64,000 nt of DNA from Pseudomonadota bacterium (GCA_039028835.1 JBCCHK010000008.1:77463-141462), one strand, 5' to 3'. Counted from the stretch's first letter, positions 1 to 9,457 are shown. The notes: generated by a model not told the origin, from the letters alone. Translations and numbers: made by a program.

Positions 1-1
1 C

Positions 2-817
2 GCCCAACGCCTGGCGCAAGAGCTGGAGGATATAATCCAGTCGCTCGGTCCAGAGCGCGTCATGGCCTTTGTCGTAGAGCCGGTCGTCGGCGCGAGTCTC
101 GGCAGCCAGCCGCCGCCACCGGGTTATTTTGCCCGCGTCCGGGAAATCTGTGATGCCCACGGGGTCTTACTCATCGCCGATGAGGTCATGTGCGGCATGG
201 GGCGGACGGGTAGCCTTTATGCTCTAGAACAGGAAGCAAGCGCGCAAGGGGCAGTCTGCGCCGATATCACCACCCTGGCTAAGGGTCTGGCGGCGGGCTA
301 TCAGCCTTTGGCTGCTGTCTTGGCGCGCGAGTCAGTCGTCCAAGCCGTGGCGGAGGGCAGTGGTATCCTGCTCAACGGCCATACTTACATGGCCCATGCG
401 ATCACGACCGCCGCTGCTCTTGTGGTGCATCGGGTGATCGAGGCGGACGATTTGCTGATGAACGTGCGCGCGCGGGGCGCACAGCTGGAAGCGGGGCTAC
501 GGGATCGATTCATGGCCCATCCGCATGTGGGCGATATTCGTGGGCGTGGGCTGTTTTTCAGCGTGGAGCTGGTGGCGGATCTTCGGTCCAAAACGCCCTT
601 CCCGTCGCGCGCCGGGGTCGCCATGGCCGTGCGCGAGGCGGCCCTTGCGCTTGGCGTGTTGACCTATCCCGCGCAAGGGTGCGTCGATGGCATCAACGGC
701 GATCATGTCTTGCTCGCGCCGTCCTATACCTCGAGCACGGCACAGATTGATCGCATTGTGGACGTGCTCAAAGCCGCGCTTGATCAGGTCTTGGCAAGCA
801 AGCGTCATGCTTCATAA
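2..817 (+). CDS. Class III (omega-type) PLP aminotransferase, 5'-truncated by window edge
   Basis: Frame is open from base 2 (AQRLAQELEDII...). Motifs: AFVVEPVVG, LIADEVMCGMGRTG, DITTLAKGL (PLP Lys), GHTY, IRGRGL. Confidence 0.92.
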   Translation, partial: AQRLAQELEDIIQSLGPERVMAFVVEPVVGASLGSQPPPPGYFARVREICDAHGVLLIADEVMCGMGRTGSLYALEQEASAQGAVCADITTLAKGLAAGYQPLAAVLARESVVQAVAEGSGILLNGHTYMAHAITTAAALVVHRVIEADDLLMNVRARGAQLEAGLRDRFMAHPHVGDIRGRGLFFSVELVADLRSKTPFPSRAGVAMAVREAALALGVLTYPAQGCVDGINGDHVLLAPSYTSSTAQIDRIVDVLKAALDQVLASKRHAS

Positions 818-822
818 CGCCG

Positions 823-1704
823 ATGCCTAATAAAACCATTCTCACCGCGGCGATCACCGGTAATCTCATGATGCCAGAGATCAGCCCTCATCTGCCGGTC
901 ACCCCCGCCCAGATCGCCCAATCCGCTTTGGATGCCGCGCAAGCGGGTGCGGCAATTGTCCATCTGCATGTGCGCGATCCCGACACGGCTAAGGGCTCTA
1001 TGCGCCTTGAACTTTATGAGGACGTGGTGGCGCGTATCCGCGTCAAAAACCGCGATGTGCTGATTAATCTCACCACCGGGGAAGGGGGGCGGTTTGTCCC
1101 TTCACGCGATAATCCTGCGCTCGCCGCTGAGGGCACGAGTCTGTGCGCCCCAGACAAGCGCGTGGCGCACATCGTCGCCTTACGGCCAGAGATTTGCACG
1201 TTGGATCTTAATACCATGTGGTCCGGGCAAGCGAGCGTAATTAACGCGCCGCAAAATATAGAAATCATGGCCGAGCACATCACCCAAGCAGGGGTCAAGC
1301 CAGAGATCGAGATTTTCGATAGCGGTGATCTGCATCTCATGGAGGACCTGCTCGCCCGGGGGGTGCTCGCCCCGCCCTTGATGGTGCAGATGGTGTTGGG
1401 GGTGCGGTTTGGCGCAGTCGCGGACACTCAAACCATGGCCTATCTCGTGTCTCGCTTGCCCCCTAACACCCAGTGGGCCGCTTTTGGGATTGGTCGCGCC
1501 GCCTTTCCCATGCTGGCGCAAGCGTTGATCTTGGGGGGGCACGTGCGAATCGGCATGGAAGATACCGCCTACATCTCTCGTGGCGAGCACTGCCAATCCA
1601 ATGCCCAGCTGGTGGAAAAGGCCGTGCGTATCGTCATCGAGCTGGGCGGCGAGATTGCCAGTCCCAGCCAGGCGCGGCAGATTCTCGGGTTGCCCGCAGC
1701 CTAA
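823..1704 (+). CDS. BKACE / DUF849 beta-keto acid cleavage enzyme (3-keto-5-aminohexanoate cleavage family)
   Basis: ILTAAITG...PHLPVTP..IA, AGAAIVHLHVRD (Zn HxH), VKPEIEIFD, GGHVRIGMED, SNAQLV, A.P.QARQILGL. Confidence 0.93.
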   Translation: MPNKTILTAAITGNLMMPEISPHLPVTPAQIAQSALDAAQAGAAIVHLHVRDPDTAKGSMRLELYEDVVARIRVKNRDVLINLTTGEGGRFVPSRDNPALAAEGTSLCAPDKRVAHIVALRPEICTLDLNTMWSGQASVINAPQNIEIMAEHITQAGVKPEIEIFDSGDLHLMEDLLARGVLAPPLMVQMVLGVRFGAVADTQTMAYLVSRLPPNTQWAAFGIGRAAFPMLAQALILGGHVRIGMEDTAYISRGEHCQSNAQLVEKAVRIVIELGGEIASPSQARQILGLPAA

Positions 1705-1798
1705 CGCTCGGATAAAACCCATAGACCACAAATCAGCAGGCTTTTTTTGCTATGATGATCCCCTGCGCAATGCCCCTTAAAGACCTTATCACGATGCC

Positions 1799-2404
1799 AT
1801 GACCAAGAAAGCCAACACCCTGCTTGCCACCAACGAAGACACGGTCGGGCCTTATTACCCGATCTATTTCGCTGATGAGATGTATGAGGATATCTCACGG
1901 ATTCATCATGGTGTGAGCGTCAAACCCGAAGGCCAAGCCATCGAGTTGACCGGGCGTTTGATCGATCATGACGGCAACCTTGCCAACGGGGTCGTGATGG
2001 AGTTTTGGCAGGCCAATGCCAAGGGCGTCTATCGCACGCCCGCGACCGTCGATGATCCTCATCTTGATCCTTGGTTTGATGGCTTTGGCCGGGTGCGCAC
2101 CGCCGATGGCCATTATCGATTCCGCACGATCATGCCTGGCGCGGCGCCCGGGCGCGCGCCAAACATCACAATCACCCTGTTTTCTGATGGCATCAGCCGC
2201 ATCGTCACGCAAGTGTTTTTTGAAGGCGAGGCGGGCCACCAGTCCGATCCGTTGCTCGTTTCACTCCCTGCACCAGAGCGGGACAAACTCATTGCCCGAA
2301 AAACAACGACAACAACGGGTGCGCGTGGTTCGAGAGTCTATCAGTTCGATATCGTCATGGCGGGGAAGAACGAAACACCTTTTTTCGACGATTTTGAAAG
2401 CTAA
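1799..2404 (+). CDS. pcaG: Intradiol dioxygenase, protocatechuate 3,4-dioxygenase alpha-subunit-like (divergent)
   Basis: TVGPY, EFWQANAKGVY, FGRV.T, FRTIMPG, DPLL, YQFDIVMAGKNETPFFD. Lacks Fe ligands, as expected for an alpha subunit. Confidence 0.8.
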   Translation: MTKKANTLLATNEDTVGPYYPIYFADEMYEDISRIHHGVSVKPEGQAIELTGRLIDHDGNLANGVVMEFWQANAKGVYRTPATVDDPHLDPWFDGFGRVRTADGHYRFRTIMPGAAPGRAPNITITLFSDGISRIVTQVFFEGEAGHQSDPLLVSLPAPERDKLIARKTTTTTGARGSRVYQFDIVMAGKNETPFFDDFES

Positions 2405-2442
2405 TAAATACAAAAAATAGAAAAACATGAGGAACAAACCCC

Positions 2443-3114
2443 ATGGCTACGCAAGGCAGGACTCTCCCCATTGGTCCCACCGATAACACCTCCGAGCAGC
2501 GCACCCCGCGTGCGCGATTGCATCTGATCCCCACCGCGGCGCGGGCAAGTTTTGTGCCCTTTGTGCCTGTGCGGGGAAGCCTGCGCCAAGGGGAGACGGA
2601 CCTCACGCGCGTCACGCCTGATCGACCACGCGCCCAAGGCACGGCGATTGAGGTGAGCGGTACCGTGCGCACCGCCTCAGGCACGCCGGTACGTGGCGGG
2701 CTTTTGGAAATATGGAACGCCAACACCTTTGGCCGCTATACCCATATCGAGGATTGCGCGCCAGATGTGCCGATCGATCCGAACTTTTTAGGCATGGGAC
2801 GGGTAGAAACCGATGAGAAGGGGCAGTATTGTTTTTGGACGATCAGCCCGGGGGCGTATCTTGCACGGCCTGATATTGGTCGTTGGCGTCCCAAGCATAT
2901 TCATCTCTCTCTTGCGGGTGGCGCCTCGCGATTGATTACCCAGATGTATTTCCCCAACGAGCCGAACAACGTGACTGATCCGATGGCAATTTTGATGGGC
3001 GAGGATTTTCATCGTAACATCGGCGTTGTTTATCAGACGCCTGAACGGGATGTCGATCACGGCTATCGTTTTGATATCATCGTCGGTGGACGTAACGCGA
3101 CGTTCTTTGAATAG
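2443..3114 (+). CDS. pcaH: Intradiol dioxygenase, protocatechuate 3,4-dioxygenase beta-subunit-like (divergent)
   Basis: EIWNANTFGRYTH, DPNFLGMGR, PGAY, WRPKHIH, LITQMYF, YRFDI. Tyr/Tyr/His/His Fe ligands are present. Confidence 0.85.
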   Translation: MATQGRTLPIGPTDNTSEQRTPRARLHLIPTAARASFVPFVPVRGSLRQGETDLTRVTPDRPRAQGTAIEVSGTVRTASGTPVRGGLLEIWNANTFGRYTHIEDCAPDVPIDPNFLGMGRVETDEKGQYCFWTISPGAYLARPDIGRWRPKHIHLSLAGGASRLITQMYFPNEPNNVTDPMAILMGEDFHRNIGVVYQTPERDVDHGYRFDIIVGGRNATFFE

Positions 3115-3139
3115 CGGAAAACCACCGCTAATAGAAAAC

Positions 3140-4636
3140 TTACAGCTCTTCTTGCTTGCGATTTTGCCACAAAAACCAAACGGCACTCACAGCCGCCAGA
3201 ACCAACAAAATAAGCGCAACAGGATACTCGATGATCCGCATCCAATCACCGTTCATCAGGGCGAGAGATTGGGAGATAGAAATCTCAAACCGGGGGCCGA
3301 GAAAAAAGGCAATCAGAAAAATCACTACCGAATAACCAAAGTTAGTCATTACATATCCAAGCACCGCAAACAAAAGCATGATCGCGATGCCAAATACCCC
3401 GCCGGTTGCCATAGAAACCCCGACAAAGCATAGCAGTAGCGCAACAGAAAAGATGATCGACTCCGGGGCGGTCACCACCTTAACCCAAAACCGCAGGCCA
3501 ATCTGGCCGAGCACAAGGTTAAGAACATTGGCCATAATCATTGCGCCAAATAAACCGTAAATCAGCCGGCCTTGGCTTTCAAACAATAAGGGGCCCGGCT
3601 GGACGCCGTGAATCATCAGCGCGCTGATAATCAGAGCCGCGCTCACGCTGCCAGGAATCCCTAAGGTAAGCAGTGGGATAAGATTCGCCCCCACCACCGA
3701 TGAGTTTGCTGATTCTGCCGCGGCGATCCCATGCAGATCACCCTTACCAAAGGTCTCGGGCTTTTTCGCGCCGGCCTTGGTTGAGGCGTAGGATATAAAA
3801 GCGGCAGCGGTAGAGCCGATGCCAGGCAGCGCGCCGAGCAGCGTGCCGATCATCGCGCCGCGTAGCATGGTAAAGCGGCATCCCCAGTATTCGCGCCAAC
3901 TCACCCGTTGGTCTTCGGGGCGGCCTGTTTCTTCGATCTCAACAGCGCGGCGCATCGTGCCCTTAATTCGGCTCAAGCGGCGAAGAATCTCAGAAATCGC
4001 GAGCATGCCAATCGCCACCGAGGGTAACGGCAAGCCATCAAACAACTCAAAATGACCAAAGATCAAGCGCGGGGTGTAGTTTTCAGGGTCGCTGCCAATG
4101 CTGGCGAACAAGAGCCCCAACCCTGCGGCAACGATTCCCTTAACCAAAGAGTTACCGACCAACGCCGCCAGCACCGAAAAGGCAAAGATCATCAGCGCAA
4201 AAATCTCCACCGGTCCCATGCGCAGGGCCAAGATCGCCAGCGGGGCGGACACCGTAATCAAGATGATATCGCTGAAGGTATCGCCTGTCACGGACGAGAA
4301 AAGCGCCATTTTGGTTGCCTTGAGCGGCTTGCCTTGGCGGGCGAGAGGATGCCCGTCAAGGGCCGTGGCCGCCGCATCGGGCGTGCCAGGAGTGTTAATC
4401 AAAATCGCCGGAACTGCCCCGCCAACCAGCCCGCCCTTGTTCACACCGACCAAAAAGGCAATCGCCGGCAGGGTATCGAGCCCAAAGGTAAAGGGAATGG
4501 CAATGGCCATCGCCATGACCGGGCCGATCCCGGGCACGGCACCAACGAACTGTCCCAAGGCGACGCCAAACAGGACGAAGAACAAATTGACCAAGGTAAA
4601 GGCGTCAGCAAAGCCAGCGAGCACGGTGGCGAGCAT
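3140..4636 (-). CDS. tctA: Tripartite tricarboxylate transporter large permease
   Basis: GAVPGIG, GGAVPAILINTPGTP.AAATALDGHPLARQG, GIAAAESAN, IPLLTLGIPGS, HGVQPGP. Confidence 0.93.
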   Translation of the reverse strand: MLATVLAGFADAFTLVNLFFVLFGVALGQFVGAVPGIGPVMAMAIAIPFTFGLDTLPAIAFLVGVNKGGLVGGAVPAILINTPGTPDAAATALDGHPLARQGKPLKATKMALFSSVTGDTFSDIILITVSAPLAILALRMGPVEIFALMIFAFSVLAALVGNSLVKGIVAAGLGLLFASIGSDPENYTPRLIFGHFELFDGLPLPSVAIGMLAISEILRRLSRIKGTMRRAVEIEETGRPEDQRVSWREYWGCRFTMLRGAMIGTLLGALPGIGSTAAAFISYASTKAGAKKPETFGKGDLHGIAAAESANSSVVGANLIPLLTLGIPGSVSAALIISALMIHGVQPGPLLFESQGRLIYGLFGAMIMANVLNLVLGQIGLRFWVKVVTAPESIIFSVALLLCFVGVSMATGGVFGIAIMLLFAVLGYVMTNFGYSVVIFLIAFFLGPRFEISISQSLALMNGDWMRIIEYPVALILLVLAAVSAVWFLWQNRKQEEL

Positions 4637-4651
4637 AGAAATCCTAACCCT

Positions 4652-5092
4652 TTAGGGCAGGGGGCGCTGAAGGACGTAGACGACCACGATCCATATCACG
4701 ACCGGCGCAACGACGCAGCCAAGACCAAGCCAAGGCCAGCGTCGCTCGCCGATTAAAACCATAAGCACGAATGCGATGACCGGGGCGGTATAGACAAACC
4801 CAACCCACGACGTGGCCCACAAACCTGCCGCAAGCACACCGGCATACAATCCTGCACGGGCAAACTCTTGCCAGTGAGGCGGGACGTGGTCGGTGGGTCG
4901 CAGGGTGATAAGAATACCGCAGACCATTAAAAGGGCGGCGATGCTGTTCGGGATGGTCGTGGGCGAGAGCCAACCACCATCCCGAACCTCAGTATAGGTA
5001 GGGATGATCCAGAAGAACAAAGCCAGCGAGCACAGGACAAGAAACAGTCCTGAACAACGGTCAGCCAAGGGACTCATGGATCGTCCCGACAA
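4652..5092 (-). CDS. tctB: Tripartite tricarboxylate transporter small permease
   Basis: About 146 aa, 4 TM segments, ends LQRPLP, lies between tctC and tctA. Start may be 5077. Confidence 0.85.
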   Translation of the reverse strand: MSGRSMSPLADRCSGLFLVLCSLALFFWIIPTYTEVRDGGWLSPTTIPNSIAALLMVCGILITLRPTDHVPPHWQEFARAGLYAGVLAAGLWATSWVGFVYTAPVIAFVLMVLIGERRWPWLGLGCVVAPVVIWIVVVYVLQRPLP

Positions 5093-6043
5093 TTAGTTTT
5101 TCCCGAAGAGTACTTTGACGTTTTCGATACCGCTGACCATCATGTCTTTGGTGCCTTCGGGGCCCAGATTAAGTGTGGAGCTCACGGCAGCTTTTCTCAC
5201 CACGTCAGCCACCTGGGGACTTTGAATGGCGTTTGCAAACGCCTCACGCAAGGCGCCGATAGCATCCGCATCGGTGCCGGCGGTCGTTGCAAAGAACCAA
5301 TAGGGGTCCATGTAAACGTTATAGCCGTCTTCTGCGACAGTCCGAATATCAGGGGCGTAATCATGGCGCGTGTTGTTTGCGCTGGCGATCATCTTAAGCT
5401 CACCAGCCTCCAACAGCGGCAGGTGGGTGCCAGCAGAAAAGCCGACCATAATCTGACCACCGAGAAGCAGCTTCTGGGTTTCGGCCTCCCCTTCGGTAGA
5501 CACGAAACGGAATCCAGCGTTCGCTTTTTTATCGACAACCTCCATCAGAAACTTTTGCGGTCCCGCACCAAAACCGATGGCAATCCCATCATTGGCTTTG
5601 GCGTAAGCGATCATCTCTTGCAAATTATCAAAAGGCGCGTCTGCCCGGGCGACCAGGGCAAGCTGTGCCCGTGCGACCGTGCCGATGTAATCAAAACTAT
5701 CCAGATTAAACGCGAGCTCATCACCCCGTTGCACCAGGTTAATCATGATCGGCATATTCACGCCCAAGCCGATCACCGCACCGTCCGCAGGGCGATTGGC
5801 AATCCCCGTGAACATGGCCACGCCGCCGCCGCCGGTTTTATTCTCGGCGATGACGTTCCAGCCCGTTTGCTCTTTCATCACTTGGGCGATGACGCGCCCC
5901 ATCACGTCAGTGGAGCCACCGGCGCCAAAGCCAATCTGGACCCGCAAGGTGCCCGAGGGTGACCAGTCGGCGGTCATACCCACACTGGCGAGAGTTACGG
6001 TAACCACCGTCAGGACGGTGGTGAACATTTTTTTAATCAGCAT
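5093..6043 (-). CDS. tctC: TctC/Bug extracytoplasmic solute receptor
   Basis: Signal peptide, GFGAGGSTDVMGR, ENKTGGGG, PADG, LLGGQI. ATG at 6043 follows AAGGA. Confidence 0.92.
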   Translation of the reverse strand: MLIKKMFTTVLTVVTVTLASVGMTADWSPSGTLRVQIGFGAGGSTDVMGRVIAQVMKEQTGWNVIAENKTGGGGVAMFTGIANRPADGAVIGLGVNMPIMINLVQRGDELAFNLDSFDYIGTVARAQLALVARADAPFDNLQEMIAYAKANDGIAIGFGAGPQKFLMEVVDKKANAGFRFVSTEGEAETQKLLLGGQIMVGFSAGTHLPLLEAGELKMIASANNTRHDYAPDIRTVAEDGYNVYMDPYWFFATTAGTDADAIGALREAFANAIQSPQVADVVRKAAVSSTLNLGPEGTKDMMVSGIENVKVLFGKN

Positions 6044-6289
6044 TGAGATATCCTTCTTCGTCAAGGTAAGCAGTGAGCACAACAGATATTCAAGCAAACG
6101 CCCAAATACGCGATAACGGCGCACGTTGGTCTATTATCCGTAGGGGGCATCTTTGTTTATGCGTCTGTGTTTCCTCCCAAAAAGGGGTATCTATACAGGA
6201 ATTGCCATAGGGGTGCAAATAAAGGACTCTAGGTGATCCGGGTAAACCGCCGGATACACTATCGGTAATGCGATAAAGGAGCGTGAGGA

Positions 6290-7933
6290 TTGCCTAAGAA
6301 AATCCTTTTTATCATGTGCGATCAGCTGCGCTTTGATTACCTGGGGTGCAGTGGTCATCCGACGATTCGAACGCCGCATATCAATGGGTTGGCGGCACGG
6401 GGAGTGCGTTTTGATCGCGCCTACGTCCAGTCGACGATTTGTGGACCTAGCCGGATGAGTTTTTACACGGGTCGTTACGTGCGCAGCCACGGCTCCTTGT
6501 GGAATGGCCACCCTTTGCGGGTGGGGGAGATGACCTTGGGCGATCATCTTCGTTCGTTGGGCGTGCGTACGGTCTTATGCGGCAAAACCCATATGCAGGC
6601 GGATCTGGAAGGCATGGCGCGGCTCGGCATCGATCCGCGCGAGGGTATCGGTGCGTTGGTTGCTGAGTGTGGGTTTGAGGTATGGGATCGGCACGACGGC
6701 ATTGTCCCTGAAGGCGCGAAAAAACAACCGACGCACTATAACAAGCACCTAAGCGCCCGTGGCTATGAAGGCTTAAATCCCTGGCACACCTGGGCCAATG
6801 CCGGGCGTGATGAGCAAGGGGATATCCTCTCGGGCTGGCTCTTGAAACACACCCGCGCGCCCGCCGCCGTTGCCGAAGAAGATTCTGAGACCCCCTATAC
6901 CGCCCGGCGCGCCATCGAGTTTATGGAGCAAGCTAAGGATGAAAGCTGGTGCTTGCACGTTAGTTTCATCAAGCCCCACTGGCCCTATATTGTGCCCGCG
7001 CCCTATCATGATATGTACGGCGTGCAAGATATTCTGCCTGCCCAGCGTGACCCGGCGGAACGGGAAGACCCTCATCCGCTTTTGGCAGGGTATTATGACC
7101 ATCGCTATAGCAAGGCTTTTAGCAAGGATGAGGTTCGGGCGCAGGTCATCCCGGCCTATATGGGACTCATCAGCCAGATCGACAATGAGGTTGGGCGGAT
7201 CGTGGACTACCTTGCGGCGACAAACCAGCTGGATGAGACCATGATCGTCTTTACCTCGGATCACGGGGATTATTTGGGCGACCATTGGCTCGGGGAAAAG
7301 GAGCTGTTTCATGATACGTGTGCGCGCATTCCCCTTATCATCGTGGACCCCTCCAAGGATGCTGACCAAACCCGGGGGCAGGTCTATCAGGGTCTCACCC
7401 AAGCGATCGATCTTGTGCCAACTTTGATCTCGTTTTTCGGCGGGACGCCGCCTGGGCATATCTTAGAAGGTCAATCGCTGTCTCCGGTCTTGCATGGCAC
7501 GGGGGCGCCGGACTATCCGTTTGTCATCAGTGAGTATGATTATTCAGCGCGGCCTTATTTGCGGCACCTCTCCAGGCGCATTGCTGACTGCAAGCTGGTC
7601 ATGGTGTTCGATGGCCGCTGGAAAATGATCTGGGTCGAGGGGCATCGGCCCATGCTCTATGACTTGCAAACCGACCCGGATGAGTTTCATGATCTGGGCG
7701 GTCAGACAGCCCAGCATGCGCAGATCGAGCGTCTAAGCCAGATGATGTTCATGTGGGCGCGCCAACAGCACAACCGAGTCACCGTCTCGGATGCACAGAT
7801 CGAGGATTCCTTTTGTCGTGATGACGCCGCGGCGGGGGTGTATTTAGGTTTTTGGGACGAGGCGGAGCGGGACGCTTGGAAAAAGGCGCAAGATCAAAAA
7901 ACAAAACCCAAAAGCCCAGAGGAAAAAACCTAA
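6290..7933 (+). CDS. Cys-type (formylglycine) sulfatase, arylsulfatase/phosphonate-monoester-hydrolase clade
   Basis: ILFIMCDQLR, ICGPSRMSFYTGRY (CxPxR), GKTH, KPHWP, FTSDHGDYLGDH..GEKE, LYDL..DP.E. No signal peptide. Confidence 0.9.
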   Translation: MPKKILFIMCDQLRFDYLGCSGHPTIRTPHINGLAARGVRFDRAYVQSTICGPSRMSFYTGRYVRSHGSLWNGHPLRVGEMTLGDHLRSLGVRTVLCGKTHMQADLEGMARLGIDPREGIGALVAECGFEVWDRHDGIVPEGAKKQPTHYNKHLSARGYEGLNPWHTWANAGRDEQGDILSGWLLKHTRAPAAVAEEDSETPYTARRAIEFMEQAKDESWCLHVSFIKPHWPYIVPAPYHDMYGVQDILPAQRDPAEREDPHPLLAGYYDHRYSKAFSKDEVRAQVIPAYMGLISQIDNEVGRIVDYLAATNQLDETMIVFTSDHGDYLGDHWLGEKELFHDTCARIPLIIVDPSKDADQTRGQVYQGLTQAIDLVPTLISFFGGTPPGHILEGQSLSPVLHGTGAPDYPFVISEYDYSARPYLRHLSRRIADCKLVMVFDGRWKMIWVEGHRPMLYDLQTDPDEFHDLGGQTAQHAQIERLSQMMFMWARQQHNRVTVSDAQIEDSFCRDDAAAGVYLGFWDEAERDAWKKAQDQKTKPKSPEEKT

Positions 7934-8014
7934 GACGAGACAGTAAAAAGCAAAAAAGAGGTCGTGAAAAACTTTAGCGCGCCCCAGTGCGTGTGCTATC
8001 ATCCAGCCTCTGGC

Positions 8015-8090
8015 AGCAGTGTAGCTCAGTCGGTAGAGCAGGAGAATCATAATCTCTTGGTCGGGGGTTCGAGTCCCTCCACTGCTACCA
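8015..8090 (+). tRNA. tRNA-Met (CAT), elongator type
   Basis: Acceptor stem AGCAGTG/CACTGCT, D-arm GCTC/GAGC, anticodon arm GGAGA-ATCATAA-TCTCT, T-arm GGGGG-TTCGAGT-CCCTC, encoded ACCA end. It has a paired 1:72 and no GGG/CCC run, so it is not fMet. Confidence 0.93.
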
Positions 8091-8839
8091 CTTGGCTTTG
8101 CCCCAACGTTTTGTTGCCAATGTCTTGTCTTTTGGCTGAGCTAGGGATTTGTGAACAAGACCAATAAGTTTTACGGCGCATTATTTGCAATCACCGAGCG
8201 TGTGCAAAAAAGTGTCACCTTGCCAGGGTGAGGCAGCGTTCTTTATGTTCTTTTTATGTTCTTGTGTATGGGGCTATTGGAGGGCGGGAATTCTCACCTC
8301 GTCTGATTCTCAGCATATCCCTGGGTTGTGTTAAATCAAAAACGCGCAAGCTCCTGGAGATACGATCTTGCGTTGGGCGTAGCTCCAGGTTGATGTACGC
8401 CCAGTCAGCAACGCTGAATGAGGCCTAACATTTGTAAGGATTGAATGTGAGAATTGAAGATGTCATCACGCCTTGCTTATTCTTCTTTTTAAGGTTCTGC
8501 TTCTAAAGCATTACGGCACCAGCGTCGCAACACCGCTGTATCTTCTTGTATTTTCTGATATCGCGATATTTTCTATGTTTTTTATATCTTTATCGGTTTT
8601 CTCTTATCTGTGTTTGCACTCGCTCTTTATACTATCTCATTGCTGTTTCCTTCGTGTTGGTGATCGCCGTGGGATGCTGTAACACATTGTCATAAAAGGG
8701 AACGCTCGGAGCCGCGCACATCGCACCACCCATTCTTGACGGTTATCATGATCATGCTAGGATCAAAACCTCATGGTCACGCCCTTTGATGCGTTGGTGC
8801 GCCCTTGGCAACCCGATTTTGTTAGGAGTCTCGTTCGCG

Positions 8840-9457
8840 ATGGAAAAATTCACGAAACTCGAAGCAATCGCCGCAAGTCTGCCTTTGCTCAATGTCGATA
8901 CCGACATGATTATCCCCAAGCAGTATCTCAAGACCATCAAACGCTCGGGCCTGGCGCAGGGATTGTTTTACGAGATGCGCTATGATGAAAAGGGTAAAAA
9001 AACGCCCTTTGTGCTGGATACACCGCCCTTTGATCGTGCCCAGATCCTCATCGTCGGTGATAACTTCGGTTGTGGATCGTCGCGTGAGCATGCGCCCTGG
9101 GCTCTCAAGGACTTTGGCATTCGCTGTCTGATCGGCACCTCCTTTGCCGATATCTTTTTTAATAACTGCCGCAAGAACGGCATCCTTGCCGTGAGCTTAC
9201 CTCAATCCGAAGTGGATGCGCTCACCAAAGCCGTGGCCGCAACCAATTCCCACAAGGTCGAGGTAGACCTTACCACACGGACCATCAACACCGCCGATGG
9301 ATCCTATAAAGTCCAGTTTGAGATCGATCCCGGTTTGCGGGAAAGCCTGCTCGAAGGCTTGGATGATATCGCCGAGACCCTCACCCAGATCAAGACCATC
9401 GAGCAGTTCGAGGCGGCTTATGAAAAGCGGTTCCCCTGGACGGCTGTCTCTCCCTGA
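8840..9457 (+). CDS. leuD: 3-isopropylmalate dehydratase small subunit
   Basis: MEKFT, NVDTDMIIPKQYLK, NFGCGSSREHAPWAL, SFADIFFNN, GLDDI. AGGAG upstream. Confidence 0.96.
   Translation: MEKFTKLEAIAASLPLLNVDTDMIIPKQYLKTIKRSGLAQGLFYEMRYDEKGKKTPFVLDTPPFDRAQILIVGDNFGCGSSREHAPWALKDFGIRCLIGTSFADIFFNNCRKNGILAVSLPQSEVDALTKAVAATNSHKVEVDLTTRTINTADGSYKVQFEIDPGLRESLLEGLDDIAETLTQIKTIEQFEAAYEKRFPWTAVSP

Noticed and set aside
8473-8682. Leu-rich ORF upstream of leuD as a possible attenuator leader
   Set aside because: It is too long, has a TTG start without a ribosome-binding site, and shows no terminator/antiterminator. Its Leu/Phe content follows from the T-rich sequence.
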